From: Penicillus capitatus
Lineage: Eukaryota > Plantae > Chlorophyta
NCBI GenBank assembly: GCA_965649825.1
Contig: OZ287696.1
Coordinates: 1,398,081 to 1,462,080, forward strand
DNA: 64,000 nucleotides
Direction: 5' to 3'
In this document: positions 18,220-32,368 of the stretch, piece after piece
How the letters are laid out: every line of letters begins with the position of its first letter
Numbering within the stretch: the stretch's first letter is position 1
The notes under the pieces: generated by a model
What the model was told of the DNA's origin: nothing
What the model saw: only the letters and a program-made list of their open reading frames with translations
Database searches by the model: none
Made by a program: the position numbers and the translations under genes

Positions 18220-20574
18220 ATGTTTGCCAAGTTAACAGCTCTCGTTTCCGGTTCCAATACTTTGCCTTATGAACTCGACGACGTCGAAGGCGAAAGAACG
18301 GCAGGCGGATGGCGTCACCACCGAGCGACGAGCAAAGCAGACAAAACGCCCGTTTCCCTGTTCAAGTATACCTTCTCCCAGACAGACGACCCTCGAACGA
18401 CAGAAGCGGCAAAGCACGGCATCAAGAGTCTGAGAACAGTATCGCATTGCCTCTTCGTGCTCTTCCTGATCATCGTGATGCATCATCTGTCCAGCTTCGC
18501 CATCCCAATGTCCTGATCTTCAAAGACTCACTCGAAGTTGAAGAGAAGAGCAGTACAACACTCTACCTGGTGACAGAACCTATTCAGCTTCTCTCGACTG
18601 TTCTTCGGGATGGAGATCTCTCAGGCCATCAAAAGCAAGAAACGGCCGTTCTCTTGTGCGTCTCCCGCACGCACTTATCCTGTATGTGTCTTCTAGAAAT
18701 GCGTATCTTTCAATGGGGCTGCGGCAGGTGACGTGTGCTTTGAGCTTTCTGAACAATGACTGCCATCAGGTCGCTGAGCCGCCCTCATAGGCAGGCCAAC
18801 AGACATGTGTGTATAGGTGCATGGAAACGTGTGTTTGTCGACAATTGTCGTCGCAGAGAATCTGGATTGGAAACTCAGTTGCATGAACACGTTGTCAGAA
18901 CACGCGTCTCTCGGAATGTCTATTCTTCGTGACAGCTCTGCGTTGCTGAGCGATGTGTACAAATGTCCGGAGTTTGCCAAGGGAGAATGGGAGAGCTTGG
19001 CTGATGGTCCACCATGGGCAATCGACAGTTGGGGTCTGGGATGTCTGATTCGAGAGGTCTTTGGCAATGGGCCACTGGGATCACCTGCCGATCTCAGAGA
19101 TATCTCCTGCATTCCGGAAGATCTGCTCAAAGACTATCAACGCCTTCTCAACTCTCAGGGACAAAAACGTCTCAATCCACAGCGACTGCTGAAGAACAGG
19201 TATCTGCATAATCAGCTGGTGGAAGTCGTGAGCTTTCTGGAATCTCTTGCCGTGAAAGAGGCGACAGAGAAAAGCACGTTCTTTAAGAAACTGACGCAGA
19301 GTCTATCAGAGCTGCCGGATTTGGTGGTCCACCAAAAGATCTTGCCGATGGTGATCGATGCGTTGGAATTCGGCAGCGCTTCGCCCAATGCACTGAGCTG
19401 TGTTATGAAAATTGCCGATGGAATGGATGCAGAGCAGTTTCAGTCATCCATTGCCCCAGCCATCATCCGTTTCTTCAATTCATCTGACAGGACCATTCGC
19501 CGTGTCCTTCTGGAGAATATCGACAAGTTTGGTGATCGATTGCCGGCCGCTTTGATCGATGAGACCATCTATCCTGCCTTGACGAATGGCTTCTCGGATA
19601 GCAATGCCTATTTAAGGGAGCTCACGCTGAAATCTATGCTGCACTTTGCAGGAAAGCTCAGTCAGAAGACACTGAATCAATCTCTGTTGAAATTCTTGGC
19701 ACGGCTGCAGGTCGATCCCGAACCATCGATCCGGGCCAACACGACAGTGCTTTTGGGATTCATTGCAGATCACTTGGGGGAAGCATCGTGCAAGCGTATT
19801 CTACTCAATGCCTTTAGCAGGGCACTGAAGGATCAATTCCCGCCTGCAAGACTGGCGGGACTGAAGGCATTAGTGACAACCCGAAAGTACTATACCCCTG
19901 CCGAAGTGGCCAACAAAGTCATACCTTGTGCATCGCCTTTGTGCATCGATGGAGTAGAAGATGTACGAAATCAGGCGCTGACCTGTTTAGAAACGTTTGT
20001 TGAAGTACTGCGAGAAAAGAGTGCGACTGAAGAAGGCGATGAAGGCCAAGTGCCTGTATCCAATCCCAAAACCACGTCAAAGAGTCAGAACTACGTTTCC
20101 TGGGCTGTGTCCTCTTTGGGCTTTTCACAGATCACCGAACCCGAAACGAAATCGGAGCCGAAGTTGGAGAAGAGAACAGAGACACGCGTGGCAGAGCTGG
20201 ATATGCCTTCGCACACATCAAGTCCACTAAAACTGAGCGAAAAATCGCACGATGCCTTTCGAGACGCCTCTTCTCGTGCGCTCTCATCCAACAGCAGTTC
20301 AGAAGACGATCGATGGGATCTGGGAGACGATGACGATTTTGGCGAAATAGATGTGAGACAGACAAGACCGTCAACAAAACCCGCATCCAAATCGACCGAT
20401 CAAGGCTCGTCAAATGATCATAGGGGTGTCTTTCGGGCGCCGAAAGAAGAGCACGATGTATGGGATGACTTGGGCATGAAAGCAGCAATGCCGACCGATT
20501 CGCCGCCAGTTCAGAGAAGAAAGCCAAAAGGTTCTGGGAAGCCCATGAAACTGGGCGCCAAGAAATTGAGTTAA
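18220..20574 (+). CDS. SCYL1: SCY1-like pseudokinase (SCYL1/CTEXP/NTKL) with HEAT repeats
   Basis: MFAKLTALVSG, LRHPNVLIFKDSLE, LYLVTEP, AIDSWGLGCLIREVF, IPEDLLKDYQRLL, RELTLKSM, DPEPSIRANTTVLLG, RALKDQFPPARLAG, tail KPMKLGAKKL. Confidence 0.92.
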
Positions 20575-20589
20575 GCAGAGGTTACTTGT

Positions 20590-22069
20590 TTATTCTGGGC
20601 GTTTTCTGAAGTCATGGACATTGACGCTGTGCATCGCTTTCAAAGAATCCAGCTTCGTCTGCCACTCGCCAACAAACTTCCCATACTTCAGCAACAGCGC
20701 GTCCTAAGCAGCGAACCGATCGGAAGCTTTTCTGTCCGTCCATTGACGTACTTTCTGATTCACCTGCTTTCTGAGGATTTCGATTTCCTTGCGCAGAATA
20801 GGGCGATCACATTATTTGATGTGACCCGTCGGTGCGTACCTGCCGCAACACGGAAGCCGGGTCTTGGCGCTTCACCGCGAGTTGTTCTTTCAATTGCTGC
20901 ACGTGATCGTCGAATTGCGCGGCGCTCTCGTTTGCGATACTCTGTCCATCGACGGCGTTTAACAGAGATTCCATGTCGCTTTCTAACTGGGCCAAAATTT
21001 CGATAGGCCCCATCACGCGTGGCGCCGTTTCTTCTTCCCCTTTGATCATTTCTTCAATCATCTTCTCGTCTAAACTTTCCCCCTCCATTTCTGCTGGCAA
21101 AAGGATTGAGTGTGAATCTCTCTTCCAATTCGACTCTGCCTTCGTCAATGTACAGTGGCGGAACGAGCTAAATGAACGCCGACGGTTCCAGTTATGACCG
21201 AATGACCCGAATGGATCATGATCGCTTACGTTGCCGGATTTGGCACTCTTGACCAAAGGCGTGTTGGGTGGAAGAGGTTTGAGCTCTTCATCCGAGAAGG
21301 CTGCGATCTTTATCGGATCGATTTCGAGCCCCATAAACTCATTAATTTTGAAGACTCTGAGGTTGCTGATGTTTCCGAGCGCCTTGTATCTCACTTTTCC
21401 GCCATCCGCATAGAAATTCGTGATCTCGCCGCCCGGTTCGACCTGGATAAGGAGGGCGATTGGTGTGGCGCTGGGAGGCGTGATGGGACTTACGGCATAC
21501 CAACCGACCTTCTTGATGCCAGAATCGTAGAAGAGAACGCCATTTGCATCCACCATGAATGTCCGGCCTTTCTCGTCTTGTGCAACCCGGTAGAGCATTT
21601 TGTTCTTACCCATGACATATTTGATATCTTTGCGGAACTTTTTTATTCCATTCTTCGTCTTGCGCGGCACCATGACGCTGGCAATGACCTCTTCCTCGAT
21701 CATCTCCGCTACAGAAACGTCACATCAAACGGGAACGTGTGAGGAGTCGGTGACATTTGCGGAACTGCCGATAGATGAGACCAAGAGGCACGCCCACGAG
21801 AAACGGGAAGAGTCTTCTTCGTTTGATCCCAAAGATCTTCGGCTGGGCATCTCACTCAAAGTGAGAAGCTCGTTAGAAACTGCCAAAAGTGTGACCTCCA
21901 TCTCGTCGTCATCCTCCGGCGGTGGAGGAGGCATAGGCGGTGGCGGTGGTCCCTTCGGAGTACGAGGATCAGGCGCCGAACGTATCGTCCGTATAGGCTG
22001 ACGTTCCGCATTGCACATGACACGCGCGGAGAGGCGATGTCGCCACCTGACCGAACAGACACGTGCCAT
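20590..22069 (-). CDS. Hypothetical protein with transit-peptide-like N-terminus and Pro-rich segment
   Basis: MARVCSVRWRHRLSARVMC...PPPPPMPPPPP; long ORF 20807-21703; last exon DALLLKYGKFVGEWQ...KRPE* ends at 20590. Family not recognised. Confidence 0.6.
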
Positions 22070-22152
22070 CGCCCGTTCCTTCCGTGAGGGTTTGGACAAG
22101 TGGATTTAATGAACGCATCTCGACACAGTTGCCATTATCTATCATTGCAGAA

Positions 22153-23349
22153 TCAGAGAGACAGTAATCTCGTCGAGACAAAACGGCTCATTCCATAAAC
22201 CGTGTACAGAAAGAGAGCCATGCCCCATAACATAGCAAGGGCGCATTTCAGGCGTATGTGGAATGGAAAATCCATCGTCTCGTGCTCTTTCCATTCAAAG
22301 CGCTCCAATCCTGCAACCCAAAGAAGAGTGCGTCTCAGCTGACGGCAAAAGAGTGACCTTTTGGGTTTTTGTGTGAGAAGACGGCAGCCCACTTTGCATC
22401 CCACTCTTTCTGAACGACTTGTAAAAAATCTTCAAATGTTGCGTACTCTTTGGGATCGATAACATCTGAGTATCCTGCAATGATGGAGCATCCAAATTGC
22501 ACACGCCACTTCTTCTCTGAGAAGGGCAGTTCTTTGTTCTTGGCGATCACGATCTGACAGGGAAGCTTGCGTAGATAGGCATAGATAAGCATCCCTTTCT
22601 TCAAGGGCAATGAAGTGTCTGCCGTATTTCGATGTCCTATATCTCACTCTTTTGCACGGAGGATAGCTTTCGATCGCACACACCTTCGGGATAAACGATC
22701 AGTCCACGAAACGGCGTCTCCTCTAGACACTTGTCCAGCCACAGATTGAACTTCTATAGCAGCCATGCCTATGGATGGAGGTGTTTGGCAGTCGTCCTCT
22801 TGCCTCTTTGTTGCGAATGGCATTGCGTCTGAAGAAGAGCATGGACTGTCCAACATAACCGTAGAGCATGAACACAGGCAATGCCACAAAGACCATCATA
22901 CTGGAGCGCCACACAGATCTCAGACGCGTGACGCGTTGCTGGATTCTATCTGACCGTGACAGGGCACAGCAACTTCCACATGTCAAATACTGTTCGACAA
23001 AGAAATCCGACCACGATCGATGATTGCACTGTCACATCAAAAAGAGTGAGAAGATCACGAGATGCTATGTACAAACCAAGTAAACGCAGCGCCCTTTGTT
23101 ATAGATTCTGCCAGAATCGACCAGATAGTATCGGAGTCTGAAGAACTTTGTCATCATTTCGGACCTGCACAGAGCCATGAGAACATCGCCGTCATAGAGC
23201 ACCTAGCCGTGCCATTTAACGAGGTCTGCTCGGGGTGTGGTGAAATTCAGAAAATCGACAAAGTAAAAGAAACCCGAAATCTGCACACTCCAGAACAAAA
23301 AGAAGAGCACTGCAAAATAGATCAATCGGTGAAACAGCGTCGATAGCAT
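22153..23349 (-). CDS. PlsC/LPAAT-type acyltransferase with N- and C-terminal hydrophobic helices
   Basis: Spliced exons give the catalytic motif CNHRSWSDFF (HX4D), LIVYPEG-HRNT, LPLKKGMLIYAY..LPCQIV; N-terminus MLSTLFHRLIYFAVLFFLFW. Confidence 0.75.
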
Positions 23350-23422
23350 CGTGTGTCCGACGTTCGAAGATGGACCTGATGGATGGATGACATGAGACGC
23401 AACGTGACGCTTTGCATTGTAG

Positions 23423-26400
23423 ATGACGCCGACGCGATCACGACAGTCGTCACGCCCACGGGCGTCATCTCTTGTACGAAAAGATCGAGCCTCAATCCAA
23501 AGACAAGAAAGCATGATCCCAATGCCATACGAGCAATCAGCATTGCTGAATGGTCTCGTACCTAATCGGACAGAAGACACTATCATGCAGTCATGTGAAG
23601 AGCAGGGATCAGAGTTCCCGCTTAAGAAATGCACATTATTGCGTCAGGCAAGCATGGTCAAGTAGATGATCATCGGATGTGGTTCTGTATAGAGAATAGG
23701 CGACGTGGAAGATTTTTATCCGTATCTAAAAGTGGAGGAGTTGGTATTGGTGGAAAGCGAGATGCAGCACCTTGCCGAAGTGCAAGATTTGACAAGACTG
23801 AAGAAACTCTATCTCTATTCGAACAAAATTCAGTCATTCGATGGAATCCAACACCTGTCCTGTCTCGAAGTGAAGGCCGTTGAGCGGTCTGGGTCTGGCT
23901 TGCGAGAGAGTTGGTTGGTAGGTGCTTTGGCTGTCGGACAACGGAATACGGAATATGTCCCAAGTGGATGCTCTGCCCGTAACGCTCAAAGAGCTGTGCC
24001 TTTCGGGCAATCCGATCACCAGGATCACACAAAGTCTCACACATCTGAAGAACCTGCAGTCACTCTTTCTGTCAAAAACATCCATCTGGAATCTCATGGT
24101 GCTCTCTCTATATGGAGCAACGAAGGCCATCGATGTTGGCTATGTGTAGGACGTCGAAGTGCTGAAACAGTTAGAGGCGTTGAAGATTCTGCGCTTTTCG
24201 GATATGATATGGGGACAGAGTCCGATCGTGCGCTTGCCGAACTACAGGACAGTCATATTGTTCCATTTGCCACACTTGACCATGCTGGATGGCATGTCCC
24301 TGACACAAGAGATGCACGCCATGGCGACAGCAGAGGCAACAAAGCATGTGATTTATTACTCGCTTAAACAGCGGGAGTTGAGAGAGACCTTTAGAAATGT
24401 TCGAAAAATGGCAGATGAGAGAAAGCCAGTACGTCGTTCGACGCTTTTCCAGAGTCTTCTGCTGTCACACTGCTGTTTTGTAGATATGCATTATGCCATA
24501 TGAAAGAGCTTATAAATCTTTGCTGAGTCAATACCGATCGGAGAAACGGGACGCCGAACAGGTGGCGGCGTGCGATGTGCCTGACAACGATCCTATGGAT
24601 CGACAACTGCAGAGTAAACGATTGAATGAGATGGCTCAGTGTATCCACCATCTTCGAGATAAAGTGCCACTTCGAAGATCTCTCTTTCCCTTGGAGTGGC
24701 CTCTGACCATGATGCAGTTGGAGGACATTGAAGTTTCCTATGGCCAAAGACTGTCCGTCTGCCGAAATTTGCTCGATGCGCAACTGTGGACATTCGATGT
24801 CGAATGCCGGACAGGAGGAAACCTCACAATCGTCGATTGTGTGGGAGGAGATGGAGGATGGCAAGAGTGCCGTCGCTGTCTCGGTCACCTGAGCGCGGAT
24901 GGGCAGCACGACAGAATAGTCATCCATCGAGTTCGGAAGATCATCAACCGCCGCTACGAGACATGGTCGGCTTGTACACAGGATGCTTTTCTGTACTCGG
25001 ACGGGTGATCATGTTCAGGGAAGAATCTGAAAAGCCCGTTCTGACCAGCGTCGTGGTTTTATGCCCCGGAGACGCAGACGTTGAAAATCTTAGTGGTTGG
25101 GATGTTATCTGTGGGGAGGAAGGACCTGTGTTGTTGGCGTCTTCGCTATCAGTATTTGAGGAACGGACGACAAGGAATCGATCGATTGGCATCGACAGCA
25201 GTTTGGAGGTCAAGAAAGCAGCACTGTCTGAGGATGCCCGATCGCTCAACGAGACATGTGTCTTAGCTTGAAGTATTTCTGTTCCGGGTGCAAACAAGAG
25301 TGATCGAAGCGACAACTGTCTCTCAGCAGAAGGACGATTCGCCCGATCCAGTCTCCTCCCATTTCTCAGTACCATCTAAATCGCTTTATGCAGAAACTGT
25401 TCCTAACATGTGTTAGGAGATGGCGAGATTGCGGATGCTCCGAGACGACGAAGAGCTTATTCCTCTGTTTATTGTCAACTGTCAACATTCTGCAGTGCCC
25501 TTAGCAGTCGATGATGCATCTGTCCCGTTGCCAGATGAGAATCCTGAGTATGCCTCCTCAAGTCATCGATGCCGTCTCCAGCATTCACGGCGACTGTTCA
25601 TCGAGGTGGTGGTCTGTTTACCTGTCTCCTTGGATCGGCAAAGGAGGACGGACGCTCTCATCCTGTCCTCTTCTCAAGGAAGCTTCGAAATTTGTGCCTG
25701 TCGAAGATTCGACGGAAGTGTCGGACACTCCCTCGTTCAATGAACCGTTCGAGCGGCTTCTGTCGCCGCCTTCTTCCAATCTGACCCATCTCAATCTGCA
25801 CAGCTGTGGACTCGAAAAGATGGAGGTCATGTTGTTGTGCCTCTGCGTGTGTTCTGAAAGACTGCGTGGTGTCTGTTGGGTGATCTAGGATAGAATCTCT
25901 CGGGATTGACAAAACTGCAGATCCTGATTCTGAGTTTCAATCGACTCGAGCGCCTGGATGGCATCGGATGCCCTCCGCTGCTTCAGAAACTCGACTGCAG
26001 CCATAACTCCATTCGAGACACTCACGGGATCGAAGTGCGCCATCACGATACCGAGTCTCATGAACCAGGTCCATTTGTGTCAGCACCTCAGCCGACTATC
26101 GGATTTGGATATGGAGTGGAATGCCATTCGTTCCTTCACTGATGTGGAGAACCTTACCGAGCTGAGAAAGCTCTCAACCTTGAAGCTCCTCGGAAATCCG
26201 CTCTTTGCTGATGTCTTTGTGTACGGCAACAGCGTCCTCTGCAACAACTCCTCCTCTCAAGTGGACGACCAGCAGAGCATGAATGTCCGCTGCCGTATGC
26301 GAGAGCAGACCCACCTCTCACTTCGTCCACTCCAATTGAGTGCGTTCACGCTCATCACTCTTTCTTGCTTTGGTGCCATTCGACGATGCATCAGGCGATG

Positions 26401-27935
26401 GGTGTGGGGTTTTCAGGACGAAGATTCCTTGGATCCACAATGCATCGCAACAATGGACATCGTTGCGTCGGTTGGATTTGAGTGATCGCTGCCTCTCATC
26501 TATATCTCACCTGCATGCATGCATTCACCTCGTCGATCTCTGCCTCGAGGTCCGTGGAGAAAGATCGATCTATCCGATGTCGGATCGTATATACTTTTAG
26601 GGAAACGCCCTGACGGAAATCGACGTCCTGAATTCGTGCACACGACTGGAACGATTGAATGTGTCCAACAATCGTCTGCAATGTCTTCCCCAAGAGATCA
26701 CATATTCGAGATTGTCCACTCTGCTGATAGAAAGGAATCAGCTATCCGATCTGAAACCGCTGTCGTCGCTCGTCCAACTCAGAGACATCATTGTCTCACA
26801 CAACTGCGTCGCATCGATAGAGGGCATCGACGTTCTGCCACAGTTGCAGCTCGTAGAGCTATACCATAATCCAGTCGCCGATGATCCTTCTTTTCGAATC
26901 ACTGCCATCTATCAGATCACCTCACTTAAAGTGACCACATTGCTGAATAGACAGCCAGTCATCGATTGAGTTGTTAGATGCTAAATGGGGTCCCCGTTCA
27001 GTGGGAAGACCGTGAAGAGGCCAGGCGGCATTTTGAAGGTGGTCTAGCGATGAAGTTCCTCCAACGGCATCTTCGTCGAGCCGTAAGCTCTCCGCTGACA
27101 GATGTCGATCTCAGTGGGCGTAATCTTGTCGATCTGCCGGATGCCTTCGCCGTCCGTCCATTCCTCAACCATCTCTCCTTAAATGCCTCCCTTTTAGGAT
27201 GGTCTGGCCAAGCTGACGCGTCTCAATCTCGATGACAATCAGTTTGAAGCGATCCCACACTGTCTGGGTCGAATCTTGTCTCTCACTTTCCTCTCGCTGA
27301 ATCTTAACCGTCTGAGGGATTCTTGCTTCGAAGCTGTTGACGATGTGGCAGACAGCTGCGGTGCTATGCATCGTCTGGCGGTGCTTTCCCTGGGCGGCAA
27401 TCGCCTGTCCTCCATCGAGAAGCTGCGTCTTCGGCGTTGGCGCTGTCTAAGAACGCTCTTTCTCCATGACAACTTCATCAGTGCCATCGCAGACGGTCTT
27501 TGTGGTTTGACGCAACTGGCAGAGCTCATTCTGGACGGCAACTTCATTCGACGACTCTATGGAGACAGCTTCGTCGACCAGAACGCTTCGCTTCGTGAAT
27601 TGCATCTGGAGCACAATCTGTTGGAGTCCTTCAGTTTCGTAGAGGATCTCGGACAACTGCGCAGTTTACATGTGAGCCAGAACCGCATCAGCCAAGTGAC
27701 GCACATCGAGGCGCTGCGTCCACTGACGCGTCTCCTTGAACTCTCCCTCAGTCGAAACCAACTCTGTCGCAAGCGCATCTATCGCGAATTGGTCGTCGGC
27801 AGATGCCCTTCGCTCTGTATCATCGACATGCGAGCCGTCACACAAAAGGAGCGACACCTTGCCGCCACGCTCGTGAACTTCGAGGCCTCCCGAGCGGCCG
27901 TTCTTGTATCTGTTTATCCCCAGTCTTTACTGTAA
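23423..27935 (+). CDS. LRRC9: Leucine-rich repeat protein, LRRC9-like (ciliary-associated in other eukaryotes)
   Basis: ALLNGL..; LKKLYLYSNKI, LWLSDNGI, LCLSGNPI; LPNYRTVILFHLPHLTMLDG..ATKHVIYYSLK matches my recollection of the LRRC9 pattern. Many further LxxLxLxxNxL repeats up to 27935. Start approximate. Confidence 0.75.
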
Positions 27936-28128
27936 CGGGTGCCTGGAGTGTTTTTATGGCGATGGCGTCGTGCTGTGTTTATGCGTGGACGGTTTGCATA
28001 GAGTATTGGCGTATGCGTCGTTCACAGTGGTCATGCGATGTTGACAGTCAACCGCCCGTCGCCGCCATCGTTCAGATGAACGTCATCTCCGACCGAATCG
28101 CGTTTGCACCGTCGTTGATTCTCAAACA

Positions 28129-29812
28129 ATGGACGAAGTCTACGACGCCGTGGTGCTAGGGACAGGCCTAAAGGAATGCATTCTCTCGGGTCTTCTCTCC
28201 GTCGATGGCAAGAAAGTGCGGCGACTTCTCCGCACCTCTCTCCTCTCTGAACAGCGATGCCGTCTCAGGTGCTGCATATGGACCGCAATGACTACTATGG
28301 AGGCGACTCCGCGTCTCTAACCCTCACACAAGTAAGCGTTGTTCCGTTGTGCCAGCCATCTGCACAGATGCGTATATCGTGCTAGATGTTCGAGCGGTTT
28401 CGCGAAGGGGCAAAGCCTCGTGATGAACTGGGTTCCAGCCGCGATTACAATATCGACACGGCACCCAAGTTCATCATGGCCAACGGAAAACTCGTTCGCG
28501 TTCTGGTCAAGACGACGGTGACGCGTTACTTGGAGTTCAAGGCTGTGGACGGGAGCTACGTCTATAACAAGGGCAAAATTTGCCAAGTGCCTGCGACAGA
28601 TTTCGAGGCCCTGAAGTCTCAGCTCATGGGCATGTTCGAGAAGAGACGGGCTCGAAAATTCTTTCTGTAAGTATCTGGGATGATGTGACAGATGAGAGGG
28701 TTTTGATTTAGGTACGTTCAAGAGTACAATAAAGACAAACCGGAAACGCATGCGGGACTGGATCTGACAACCATGACCATGGCCCAGGTCTACACCTATT
28801 TTCAGCTCGAAGAGGCCACCATCGAGTTCATTGGCCATGCGCTGGCACTGCATGGAAATGATGATTATATCCACGATCCAGCACTGCCGACTGTGCTCAG
28901 AGTCAAACTCTATCACGAATCTCTGATGAGATTTCAAGGAACGAGATCTCCATACATCTATCCACTCTACGGTCTTGGAGAGCTCCCTCAAGTGAGACCG
29001 ACAACGACATGAGGGGCATGGGCTGAGGAATCGATTTCAGGCATTTGCTCGATTGAGTGCCGTCTATGGTGGGACATACATGTTGAACAAGCCCGATGCC
29101 GAAGTTGTCTATGAAGAAGACAAGGTGGTCGGTGTCAAGAGCGGCGAAGACATTGCCAAGTGTAAATTTGTGGTTGGCGATCCCAGCTACTTCCCAGAGA
29201 AGGTGGAGAAACTGGGACAAGTGGTCCGAGCGTTCTGCATCATGGATCATCCCATTCCGGATACGGACAATGCCTTCTCGACGCAGATCATTCTCCCACA
29301 GAACCAGATCAGACGCAAATCGGATATGTATGTCTTCTGCTGCTCCTATGCGTATGTTCTCGCGCACAGACGCATACCATGATCGATCGCTGCGATGTGC
29401 CTCAGGCATAATGTTGCTCCCAAAGGAAAGTGGTTGGCATTTGTGAGCACGACGGTTGAGACAGAAGATCCGGAATCGGAGCTTCAACCAGGGTTGGCGC
29501 TTCTGGGACCGATTCTGGAGAAATTTGTTGAAATCAAAGACATCTATGGTCCCAAACAAGATGGCAAAGAGTAACCTGCTCTCACACTTTTGAGCAAAGC
29601 CAATGCCATTGTATGTCATCTAGGGATGGGGCATTCATCACAACAGGCTACGATGCATCAACACATTTCGAATCGACAATCGACGATGTTCTGGACGTCT
29701 ATCACAGAATCACCGGAAAAGTGAGGACACTCTTTCGAAGGGCTGCTCTCACACAGTGCAGGTGTTGGATCTAGAATCTGAGGATCCCATGGTGGCAAAG
29801 ACAGAGGTCTGA
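28129..29812 (+). CDS. GDI: Rab GDP-dissociation inhibitor
   Basis: [85 protein letters not shown]. Confidence 0.96.
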
Positions 29813-30102
29813 TAGGGTGCCGCAGGTTGATGGATGTCGACTGCCCTTCTGCTCTGCAATAGTTCTCTGCAATTGATGAAGATGCTGAACAACTCGTCTG
29901 AATATCATAACTCTTGGCGGTGCACGATATTGAATGTTCCTTTCTCTGCACTCCACGTCGGATCCGAGAAGTGTCGAACAGTTGTAATCAATCCATTGAC
30001 GAACGGCTCAATGCATTTGAAGAACGCATCTCGCTCGTCCTTCTGCAACACAAAGATGTCTCACTCGGTGTGGATATCAGGCAGAGATGTCTCGACGCAC
30101 AT

Positions 30103-31735
30103 TCATCTCGTACAGCGATTGATCTCGGCTGCTTTGTATTCAAGACGCTCAAGATCCTCCGTCTCCCTTGTTTCGCTCCGTGCTTCTGGATCTAGTTTTT
30201 TGGTCATCAGAAAGACATCGACACCAAATCCAGGAATCGACACGAATTGCAAGTCGCCTCCTGAATACCGATCCCATCGTAACAACCATAGAGAGAATCG
30301 CTCACCGAAGTATCGAGCATGAAGTCGAGTGAACGGCAGACCAAATCCATATCCAGAAAGACCAGACCTCGACGTCTGTCGAGCAGTCATCCAAAAGGAG
30401 GGAAGTGTGGCTCTAGACAACGAAGTGCTTTGGTTGTGCGTGGTGCTGTATCCATACTGCCACACGCGTTCGATGAGCCCGGGATCGATTCCGCCGCCTT
30501 CATCAGAAATCCTGTGCACACATCATCGTCATCCCTTCCTCTCCTGTTCGTTCGTTTGTTCGAACTTGATGGTGACTGTTGATGGAGATTCACAGATCAT
30601 GACGCGAATATCAGGGACAGAACTGACTGTGTGCTCCATCAATGCCCTGCAGAAGACAGCCGCATTGAGAATCGGGAGAGACGAGGTCACACACAGACTT
30701 CATGGAATTCTTCAGCAGCTCAAAAAGCATGTAGTCCAGATGGGCAGATATGTATGGCATCGATATAGAGCGATCGGATTCGATGCGCACTTCGGGTGCC
30801 GTTCCGTAGATGCGCTGACAGACAGATTGCGCACGCGATGCGGCATCCTGCAGTGCTTGGCAGACATTAAGATCGCGACAGATGCATCCAACGAACCCCT
30901 GTCGGATTGTAAGTGTCAGGTGTGACGAATAGAGTGACCTCCTGGACCTCTTGGCGGTCATTCAGACCAATGTGGTGTTGTGCCATGACGCGGCGACTGA
31001 TGCGGCTTCGAAGAATGTCTTCGACAAATGGCTGGAGATTGACCCGATCCGTGATGGACTTCTTGACGAGACACTCTCGTAGACCCGCCGCCAAATCGTC
31101 CAGGAGTGGGGCTAAGAGCACAGTCGTCAGTAGCGCGTCTCCTTTCTCTCGTCGAACTCTGCTCGTCAAGCAGATTCTGAAGAATCTTTGTGAATTCGGT
31201 ATTCTGTTGCATTGTCTGTATCTCTGGCAGAGGCAACAGCATTCCCAGTGCTTTGTAGTAAGCATCATACACATGACGAATGTGTGGATTGGTGATCACA
31301 ATATGCCTACATAGAACAGACACCTGTCACACGCTGATACACACAGCGAGACAGGCACGGCAAAAATCGAAGGTCCAGTAGTCTTCTTGCAAGTCTCTTG
31401 GGCAGCTAGAGCATCGTCATCTTGAGTCTTCTCACGCAGATGAAGCGATGGTTTTACTTCGGTCTGTACGAATCGTGCGTGTTGCAAAAGATAGTCATCA
31501 TCTCGCTGTGCTGCCATCCCAATGCTAAGCATCTGGGTCACACATGATCTCACACTTTTCAATAACGCGGTCGGTATTCAATACCTCGGCAAGGTTCATT
31601 TTCTGCAAAGGAGCCGACGCATACTGCAAACGATCATCCTCGACCGAGGAAACAGACATAGATGCGCACTTTTTCGACCGTCGAGTCGTAAAACGTCGAA
31701 GACGGCGCCGCCGCCGAGAGCAATGCGCGTTGCAT
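30103..31735 (-). CDS. PDK: Mitochondrial pyruvate/branched-chain keto-acid dehydrogenase kinase (GHKL family)
   Basis: FYDSTVEKYA; RSRISRRVMAQHHIGL; YISAHLDYMLFELLKNSM (N box); RISDEGGGI; GYGFGLPFTRLHARYFG; GFGVDVFL. Confidence 0.88.
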
Positions 31736-31822
31736 CGATCGGATGTCTCGCCATCGGACCGTCAGGCAAAACGGAATGCGATGCCACATCGGGAGCAATG
31801 TCGCGTTCACTGTGTTTTCCAA

Positions 31823-32248
31823 ATGACCGGACGACTTGTCATCCTTTTCCTTCTCTGTCTCATCGTGACCTCCGATGGTGCAAACCAGCGACAGCGCAGA
31901 CGAAAACGCGAACGGCGTCGACTGGAACGTCTCTGGAAAGATGTCCTGCGCACGTGCACCAGAAGTCGAGACCGCAACCGACTCGATATCGAATTCTGCA
32001 AAAACGATCCCCTTATTGGCATACAGAACTGCCTCCTGAGGTAGATATCGTTCTCGGGGATCTCTAACAGCTCTGTCGCTGCAAGATGCGTTTCGAGACC
32101 CTGCTACAATCGCGTGTACGCGACGGAGGCACTGGAGGAAGGCGAGGTCGATAATAGTCGATACGCAGAATTCAAGAAATGCGTTCTGGAAGAACTCAGA
32201 CACAATCTGACAGCCACGGCTAATCCACAGATCAAAACAGAACTGTGA
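31823..32248 (+). CDS. Small secreted Cys-rich protein, DUF4787-like
   Basis: Signal peptide MTGRLVILFLLCLIVTSDG. One intron (from 32041) joins NCLLR to CVSRPCYNRVYATEALEEGEVD...EFKKC. Confidence 0.75.
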
Positions 32249-32368
32249 AAGAGGCCAGGCAATGTGTTGAAAGAAAAAGGTTAACGTTCATATACGTCAC
32301 TCTGTCACTTTGTATGCCCTTCTCTCGGACCCTCATAATGTTCATAAATAAAATGCAAACACGATCTC

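Noticed and set aside
23648-23692. Possible GC-AG intron in the LRRC9-like gene (CAG|GCAAGC)
   Set aside because: An in-frame GT donor 9 nt downstream explains the gene equally well; this cannot be decided without cDNA.
31634-32203. 189-aa minus-strand ORF and 181-aa plus-strand ORF
   Set aside because: These are shadow frames. The region is explained by PDK exon 1 (minus) and the DUF4787-like gene (plus).
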